From Promethearchaeati archaeon (GTDB lineage: Archaea; Asgardarchaeota; Heimdallarchaeia; JABLTI01), in assembly GCA_013166835.1 (NCBI GenBank), contig JABLTI010000029.1, positions 5,579 to 29,578 on the forward strand: a DNA stretch of 24,000 nt, in the 5' to 3' direction. The translations under genes were made by a program, and so were the position numbers. Position 1 is the first letter of the stretch. The number at the start of each line of letters is the position of its first letter. The notes beneath the pieces were generated by a model. It did no database searches. It saw only the letters and a list, made by a program, of their open reading frames with translations, and had not been told where the DNA came from. Shown piece after piece: positions 8,398 through 14,596 of the stretch.

Positions 8398-9444
8398 TTA
8401 GAATCTCCTAGGAGCTCTAGGATAGGATTTATACTTCGTTCGAGGTTCTGTGCTAATCCAATCACCAGATTCATCTAGATGTGAGAGTGATCTCAAGATA
8501 TCAAAGGTTACCCACCTAGTTGCTTGGGGATTTGGAATATAGTCCCACAACCCATATGTTCCTTGTACCTCTTGTAAGTATTTCACCATATTTGCTACTC
8601 TTGGATCTTCTGTTGTCGCACCTATTCTCCAACATAGATTTAGAATTAATGCTAAATCATAGCGTCCATGGAAGGTTAGGAAGCCATGTGCTGGCTCTAT
8701 ACCAATTATCCTTGCTACTTCGAATCCTAGATAGTTTCTATCTTTAGTTTCTCTAGAGAGTAATAAATCAAGCACTCTTTTTGGTACATCTGTGTTTCTT
8801 CTTTTTGGATGATAGGCAAATGCATTCAGAGCACTGGTACTATTTGTTCTACAACCAAATCGCGAATTTGGAAGTTGACGGTAACCAACAGGTTGATAAC
8901 CTATTTTCCCATCTGGAGAGAAAATTGTAGGCCAAGAACCATCCTCTGCTCGATGTTCTATCAGCCACTCATAAGCCTTCTCTGCTCGAGAGTCTTCGGC
9001 AAAACCACTTATAGCTAAGGCAAATAATGGATCAGCTGTTTGTTTTGGTGTTATTGCTGGACCATGGGTGGGATGTATAAAATGTAAAACTCTGCCTGGT
9101 TGTCTTGGCCAGGCTCCATCATCGAATTGATGAGTGAAGAGGTATTCTGCGGCTTTTTGTATTGCTGGATGATCGTTTTGTAACCCCAAATAACCTAATC
9201 TAATCATTGCAAGGGAAGTATTCCTAATTGGACTATCTAGTAATAATCCTAATGATTCACTTGTTGACCATGAACCATCTTTTTGTTGAATAGCTAGTAG
9301 AGCAGTTATCAAAGGATCTTTTTGTTGTTGTCTAATCAATTCCTTGATTTCTTTATCATCAACGTCTTTATGCAAAAGCTCTTTCAAAACCAATAATCGA
9401 AGAGAAGGAGAAGCATCACCTAGTAATAATGGTAACCAAGTCAT
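8398..9444 (-). CDS. QW-repeat alpha/alpha-toroid protein (terpene cyclase / prenyltransferase / squalene-oxidase-repeat fold), function unknown
   Basis: Four matches to the QW motif [KR][AG]xx[FYW][LIV]xxxQxxxGxW: KAAEYLFTHQFDDGAW (aa 97-112), KAYEWLIEHRAEDGSW (156-171, R in place of Q), NMVKYLQEVQGTYGLW (285-300), and a looser LLAIQQKDGSW (49-59). No signal peptide. The start ATG overlaps the upstream gene's stop (ATGA at 9441-9444). GGAGGG lies 6 nt upstream. Confidence 0.75.
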   Translation of the reverse strand: MTWLPLLLGDASPSLRLLVLKELLHKDVDDKEIKELIRQQQKDPLITALLAIQQKDGSWSTSESLGLLLDSPIRNTSLAMIRLGYLGLQNDHPAIQKAAEYLFTHQFDDGAWPRQPGRVLHFIHPTHGPAITPKQTADPLFALAISGFAEDSRAEKAYEWLIEHRAEDGSWPTIFSPDGKIGYQPVGYRQLPNSRFGCRTNSTSALNAFAYHPKRRNTDVPKRVLDLLLSRETKDRNYLGFEVARIIGIEPAHGFLTFHGRYDLALILNLCWRIGATTEDPRVANMVKYLQEVQGTYGLWDYIPNPQATRWVTFDILRSLSHLDESGDWISTEPRTKYKSYPRAPRRF

Positions 9445-12400
9445 AAGTTACCCTCCAAGACTTTTTTGATGTATACTGCTGATGGAGTTTTTCCAAGAGA
9501 TACTTTCTCCGGAGTCTCTGAGGCAACAATTAACCCACCTTCTGGTCCTCCAACTGGACCAAGCTCAATTAACCAATCGCACGCAGCTAAAACATTCGGA
9601 TGATGTTCAACTACTATTACTGTGTTTCCAGCATCGACAAGTCGCTGAAGTATTCCTATTAAGCGTTCAACATCTTCTAAGTGTTGTCCAACTGTAGGCT
9701 CATCGAGGATATATAATGTATGATCTTTCGTTTTCTTACATAGCTCTTTCGCTATCTTCATTCTCTGAGCTTCTCCACCAGACAAGGTGTATCTTGGTTG
9801 TTGCAATACAAGATAACCTAGACCAACGTCAATTGCTGCTTTCAAGTGCCGAGCTATAGTTTCATTCTCATCCTTGAAGAGTCTATAAACTTGGTTGATA
9901 GTTAATTTCAGAAGATCTGGCAAAGAAAATTCTTTTACTTTGACTTCCCACGCCTCTGGTATAAAACCGGTTCCTTTACAGATATCACAACTTGAGTAAA
10001 CAGTAGGTAGGAAACCCATTTCCATTCTTATTCGACCGGTACCCTTGCAAGCGGAGCAACCTCGTTTGTAATGTTTATCCGTAATTCCAAGAATATCAGC
10101 CTCTGCTGTTTCTGTATAGATTTTGATTAGAGGATTTAGTAATCCAAAGAATCTTAGGGGACTGTAGATGTTTCTCTTCGATTGATCAACTAGTAAAGCA
10201 TTCTTTGGTGAACCTTCTATTGATTCATGTTCTCCAGGTTTCATTCGTTCACTATGTATAGAAGTAGTCAATTTCTTTGGAGCAACAACATTTCCAAGAG
10301 TATCTATAATTAATGTGCTTTTTCCACTTCCTGATACGCCACAAACTCCAACTAAAACTCCAAGAGGAATTTTAACATCTATGTTTTGTAGATTATGTTC
10401 CTTAGCACCTTTTATTGTCATCCATTTAGTGGCTTTTCTTCTTGGTTCGGAAATTAGTTTTAGTTGTTCATCTTGATTTGTGTGGTATGGATTTGTTTTC
10501 TTTTTCCCTGATAACCAATTAGATGTTGTAGTATTCATTTTCATAATTTCTTCAATTGAACCTTGTGCAATAATCTCTCCACCAGCAACTCCTGAACCAG
10601 GACCAAGGTCAATTATATGATCTGCTCCGGTTATTATCTCTGGATCATGTTCCACAACAACAACCGAATTGCCATCATTTCGAAGTTCTAGTAGGACATC
10701 TAGAAGATCATTTACTTCTGAGGGATGCAATCCTCGAGTAGGTTCATCAAGGAGAATAGTAAGGGAGGTTAAACCACTTCCAAGAATAGAAGCTAATCGT
10801 AATCGTTCGTATTCACCAGCAGATAAATTATATGTCGGACGATCGGGATTAATATACCCAAGACCAACTTTTATCAGATAATTCAATCTCTTGGTTAACT
10901 TCTCAAGATTTTGCTGCAGTAATTCTACCCCTATAAAATCTGAGGGTTCAATTTTCTTAATTACCTTTGCTAGATTTTTAATGGTCATTTGTCGCAATTG
11001 ATGAATGTTGAAACCTTTTAATTTGAAAGCTAAATATTCTTCTTTTAATTTCTGCCCATTACAAACATCACAAGTGAATTTGTCGCTATAAGTTTCAAAT
11101 AAGTCACCATAACTAAACCAGCTAAATCCACCCCACGCCTGAAAAACTCCCCAAACTCGCTGGTCTCGAACATATTTGATTATTTTTCCTTTGCTTCTTC
11201 CCTCTACTTCGAACTCCCACTTCTCATCTGAGCCATAAAGGAAGATCTGTTTCGCTTCCTCCGGAATTTCATTCCAAGGAGTTTTTTGAGGATCGAAATT
11301 ATATCTCATTGCAATTTCTTTTAACAAGTAATAAGCTGAATTTAGTGGTTTGCAGTAGTAACCATAAGGCCAAAAACCAGGCGAGTACATTGCACCATCA
11401 CAAATCGGTTTCTCAGGATGAATGATTAATTTATCAATATTAGGTGTCCCAATAAATCCTAAGCCTTTACATTTTTCACAACTGGAAATCAAGCTTACTG
11501 GCGAGAAATGAGTTGGTCTCACAAAACTAGCTGTGGATTTGCATTTCGGACAAATCCAATGTTCTTCTCCTCTTCTCATCATGGTTCTACATTCTAGACA
11601 TTCTCGCTCTCCTATGTGAGTCATAAATGTATAAAGATGATCAGCTATCTCACTTACATTTCCAACCGTATACCTCGGATCAATACGCCAAGCACTCCTA
11701 AAAGATCTAAGAATAGCTGTAACTCCTAATCCTGTGATAGAATCTACTGGTGCTTCTGGACCTTCATTCATACTTTGACGTTCATAAATCGATAAACTCT
11801 CGAGAAATCTTCGTCTGGCTTCTAATTCTAAAACATCATTAACTAAACTCGATTTACCTGAACCCGATATACCCGTAACAACTGCAAGTTTGCCTTTCGG
11901 GATATCCACACTGATATTTTTTAGATTGTTTGCTCTTGCTCCTTTAACAGAAATTACATCAGAGTGTTGGAATTTCTTCTCACTCGTAAGAGTTCTAGGA
12001 GTGTATTCTTCTTCTTCCAGAAGTGCTTTACTTGTTAGAGATTTTTTACACTTTAGTAGATCATTTACAGTCCCACTAAAGATTAATTCACCACCAAATG
12101 GTCCTGCTCCCGGGCCAAGATCGATAATCCAATCCGCAGCTCGAATTATATCCGTATTATGTTCGACAATAACTATTGTTGCTCCTGCTCTTACAAGTCT
12201 ATCAAATACAACTAACAAGCCAGAAATATCACTTGGATGTAAACCAGTACTTGGTTCATCTAAAACAATAAGATTTTCAGTAAGATTTCTTCTTCCAAGA
12301 TATTTCGCTAATTTTACTCTTTGAGCTTCTCCCCCACTCAGAGTTGGTGATGCTTGTCCTAGATGTAAATAACCCAGTCCAATATCTATTAGTGCTTTCA

Positions 12401-14435
12401 AAATTGATTCCGCACTTTTTCGATTCTTTTCCGAGAGATATTCACTCTCGAGTATATAGGGAGTAGCCTCTCTAATACTAAGATTATAAAAATCCCCTAT
12501 AGATAATACATCACCATTGAATTCTACATTTGCATCTAGTATTTCTTGTTTAAACCTTAAACCACGACATTTCTCACATGGAAGCCAAATTGGAGCAATG
12601 TAGGGCATTTTTACTTCCATGGCTCCTAAACCTTCACACTCTTCACACTGACCATCTTTCCTATTAAATGTAAAATGAGATTTCGTAAAATTAGTTGCCG
12701 CAGCAAAAATATCTCGAATAATATCTGAGAGCTTTGTATAGGTAGCTGGATTTGATCTTGGATTCCTACCAATTGGACTCTGATCGACTAATACTGGTTT
12801 CTTCTTTCTACCAATAACCTCTTCACAACCTTGAGGTTCCTTTTTCAATAAACTTGCAACTAAGACATCTTTAACTAGAGTGCTTTTTCCAGAACCAGAA
12901 ACTCCAGTTACTGCAGAAATTCTTTGAAGTGGTAATTGAATATCTATCCCCTTCAAATTTCTGAAGATTGCATTTTTTATAGTAAGAAACTTATCGGGTT
13001 GTGGTCGTAATTCAGGTATGACTACTTTATCCCGGAAACTAAAATAACGACCAGTTGGACTATCTTCAGACCACAGATTCTTAGCTGTTCCATGGAAAAC
13101 GATCTCTCCTCCTTCTCTCCCTGCTCCTGGTCCGATATCAATCGCTTGATCTGCTACTGCTGCAGCCATTCGGTCATGTTCAACATACACTACTGGACCT
13201 GCTAATTCCCGGAAAGCTGGTAGAAATTTCATGACATCATTTGGGTGTTGACCAATTGTTGGTTCATCAAGTATGTGAAGCATGTCTTCAAGTCTACTAG
13301 TAAGAATTATTGCAAGTCTTACTCTTTGAGCTTCTCCTCTCGAGAGAGTAGGAGATGACCTATTTAATGAAATATAACCCAAACCAACTCTGTGGAGTGC
13401 ATTTATTCTTCTTGTAATTTCATCCTTTAATCTATCAGCTGTTTTTGGCAGAAAAACAGTCTCAAATAATTTCTTAATTTCACTCACAGATAGTTTCAGA
13501 AGATCAGGTAGCATTAAGCCATTCCATCTCACTGCGACAGCTTCAGGATGAAGCCCTGTAGAATGACATAACTCACAACCTTTTCCCTTACACGCTTCAC
13601 AAGGCATATGGAAATACTTGGGTTCAAGTTCTGTGAACCAGTAATTACAATTAGTGCAAATTCTTGTTTTCGCTAATTTTGTTTCTTCATCTTTTGCGCG
13701 AACAATTATGTAGGAGGATCCTAATTCAAAAACTTGCTGTATAATCTCTCTTATCTGCTTTGTATTCGCTTTCTTTGTGAGTACAGCCAATTTTATTTCG
13801 ATATTATGCTCTTTATTTGGATCTAAAGACTTACCATCCCAATTTTTCTTGTCAATTATTATCGATTCATTATCGAATTTTTCCTCTAACATACTTAGGA
13901 GAGTTTTATGACTTCCTAATGATTGCTGATTAACAGGTGCTAGAATCTCAATTGTATCCGTACTCACTTTATTTCTAACAATGTCTATTATTGCATCCTC
14001 TGAATGAACAGCTAAACCAGAACTGCACTCTGGACAGAAACGAATGCCAAAATTTGCAAATAAAATTCTAAAGAAAGGATGTAAACCTGAAGAAGTTGCT
14101 AACGTTGAGAGTGGATTACGATTTAAGACATTTTGATCTACAGCAACAGCAGGACTAATTCCTGTAATGGTATTTACATTTGCTTTTGGGAGTCTTAATC
14201 GAGTAGAGCGAGGAGTAAAAATATCAAGAAATCTTCTGCGAGCTTCATGATATAAGGTGTCATACACAAGTGAACTTTTTCCAGAACCGGAAATTCCAGT
14301 AACAACCGTTAAACCATCTTGTATTTCTACATCCACGTTTTTCAGATTGTTTTCTTTCGCACCCTCGATTTTGATTTTCATCGAAATCTCTCGACTTTTC
14401 GCATCTCTGAAGTGTTTACCCTTTTTCCTTCTCAC
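9441..14435 (-). CDS. Tandemly duplicated UvrA-like ABC ATPase (excinuclease ABC subunit A paralogue) with four nucleotide-binding domains
   Basis: Walker A motifs: GISGSGKS (aa 47-54), GVSGSGKS (511-518), GISGSGKS (855-862), GVSGSGKS (1366-1373). Signature motifs: LSRGE 364, LSGGE 699, LSAGE 1204, LSGGE 1551. Walker B motifs: ILDEP 388, VLDEP 724, LLDEP 1228, ILDEP 1576. There are multiple CxxC zinc modules. Both halves begin with the UvrA hallmark I-x-[GV]-[AK]-x-x-x-NLKN. The tracked ORF starts at GTG 14435. By homology the likelier start is ATG 14381 (MKIKIEGAKENNLKN). Confidence 0.92.
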   Translation of the reverse strand: MRRKKGKHFRDAKSREISMKIKIEGAKENNLKNVDVEIQDGLTVVTGISGSGKSSLVYDTLYHEARRRFLDIFTPRSTRLRLPKANVNTITGISPAVAVDQNVLNRNPLSTLATSSGLHPFFRILFANFGIRFCPECSSGLAVHSEDAIIDIVRNKVSTDTIEILAPVNQQSLGSHKTLLSMLEEKFDNESIIIDKKNWDGKSLDPNKEHNIEIKLAVLTKKANTKQIREIIQQVFELGSSYIIVRAKDEETKLAKTRICTNCNYWFTELEPKYFHMPCEACKGKGCELCHSTGLHPEAVAVRWNGLMLPDLLKLSVSEIKKLFETVFLPKTADRLKDEITRRINALHRVGLGYISLNRSSPTLSRGEAQRVRLAIILTSRLEDMLHILDEPTIGQHPNDVMKFLPAFRELAGPVVYVEHDRMAAAVADQAIDIGPGAGREGGEIVFHGTAKNLWSEDSPTGRYFSFRDKVVIPELRPQPDKFLTIKNAIFRNLKGIDIQLPLQRISAVTGVSGSGKSTLVKDVLVASLLKKEPQGCEEVIGRKKKPVLVDQSPIGRNPRSNPATYTKLSDIIRDIFAAATNFTKSHFTFNRKDGQCEECEGLGAMEVKMPYIAPIWLPCEKCRGLRFKQEILDANVEFNGDVLSIGDFYNLSIREATPYILESEYLSEKNRKSAESILKALIDIGLGYLHLGQASPTLSGGEAQRVKLAKYLGRRNLTENLIVLDEPSTGLHPSDISGLLVVFDRLVRAGATIVIVEHNTDIIRAADWIIDLGPGAGPFGGELIFSGTVNDLLKCKKSLTSKALLEEEEYTPRTLTSEKKFQHSDVISVKGARANNLKNISVDIPKGKLAVVTGISGSGKSSLVNDVLELEARRRFLESLSIYERQSMNEGPEAPVDSITGLGVTAILRSFRSAWRIDPRYTVGNVSEIADHLYTFMTHIGERECLECRTMMRRGEEHWICPKCKSTASFVRPTHFSPVSLISSCEKCKGLGFIGTPNIDKLIIHPEKPICDGAMYSPGFWPYGYYCKPLNSAYYLLKEIAMRYNFDPQKTPWNEIPEEAKQIFLYGSDEKWEFEVEGRSKGKIIKYVRDQRVWGVFQAWGGFSWFSYGDLFETYSDKFTCDVCNGQKLKEEYLAFKLKGFNIHQLRQMTIKNLAKVIKKIEPSDFIGVELLQQNLEKLTKRLNYLIKVGLGYINPDRPTYNLSAGEYERLRLASILGSGLTSLTILLDEPTRGLHPSEVNDLLDVLLELRNDGNSVVVVEHDPEIITGADHIIDLGPGSGVAGGEIIAQGSIEEIMKMNTTTSNWLSGKKKTNPYHTNQDEQLKLISEPRRKATKWMTIKGAKEHNLQNIDVKIPLGVLVGVCGVSGSGKSTLIIDTLGNVVAPKKLTTSIHSERMKPGEHESIEGSPKNALLVDQSKRNIYSPLRFFGLLNPLIKIYTETAEADILGITDKHYKRGCSACKGTGRIRMEMGFLPTVYSSCDICKGTGFIPEAWEVKVKEFSLPDLLKLTINQVYRLFKDENETIARHLKAAIDVGLGYLVLQQPRYTLSGGEAQRMKIAKELCKKTKDHTLYILDEPTVGQHLEDVERLIGILQRLVDAGNTVIVVEHHPNVLAACDWLIELGPVGGPEGGLIVASETPEKVSLGKTPSAVYIKKVLEGNL
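9451..9456 (-). promoter_or_regulatory. Shine-Dalgarno-like GGAGGG embedded in the 3' end of the UvrA-like gene, serving the downstream toroid gene
   Basis: The minus strand reads GGAGGG-TAACTT-ATGA. The spacing to the ATG at 9444 is 6 nt, and the TGA of the upstream ORF overlaps that ATG. Confidence 0.5.
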
Positions 14436-14566
14436 TATTAATTTATTTTGTAAGCAATGGTTACTTTTATCGTTTTAGTAATCTTGATGATAGGAGATTA
14501 CCGAAAGTAAAGGAAATTTGTAGGAAGAATCTGTTTATCACTTAGAATTTTTTTTAATTGAATAAC

Positions 14567-14574
14567 TTTTAAAA
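14567..14574 (+). promoter_or_regulatory. TATA-like A/T box (TTTTAAAA) for the oligopeptidase B gene
   Basis: It is centred about 27 nt upstream of ATG 14597, and there is no SD sequence in between. This geometry fits an archaeal TATA box driving a leaderless or near-leaderless mRNA. The region is AT-rich, so a chance match is plausible. Confidence 0.3.
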
Positions 14575-14596
14575 GAACCACGTTTGCTATTATTTT

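Noticed and set aside
8520-9018. Plus-strand ORFs 8520-8747 and 8809-9018 inside the toroid gene
   Set aside because: They are antisense to an ORF with four QW motifs and have no features of their own.
9355-9366. DVDD (aa 27-30 of the toroid protein) as a class II terpene-cyclase DxDD catalytic motif
   Set aside because: It lies in a charged N-terminal helix (HKDVDDKEIKE) outside the QW-repeat core and lacks the usual DxDD[TA] context. It is probably coincidental. No DDxxD or NSE/DTE motif was seen either, so I make no enzymatic claim.
9482-12324. Plus-strand ORFs 9482-9697, 10669-10881 and 11890-12324 (144 aa), antisense to the UvrA-like gene
   Set aside because: They are Arg/Ser/Leu-rich shadow translations opposite strongly conserved ABC motifs. 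The 144-aa length is explained by the locally higher GC, which reduces stop-codon frequency.
14382-14435. GTG-initiated 18-aa basic N-terminal extension (MRRKKGKHFRDAKSREIS) of the UvrA-like protein
   Set aside because: UvrA-family proteins begin just before the I-x-G-A-x-x-NLKN motif, which follows ATG 14381 directly. The A/T-rich box abutting 14435 looks more like a promoter element than coding sequence. I kept the tracked coordinates but regard 14381 as the likelier start.
8373-14500. Looked for mobile-element hallmarks around the GC-richer cassette (integrase, transposase, tRNA target, flanking direct or inverted repeats)
   Set aside because: I could see none in the flanks (8373-8397 and 14436-14500 share only generic A/T-rich sequence), so I make no genomic-island or mobile-element call.
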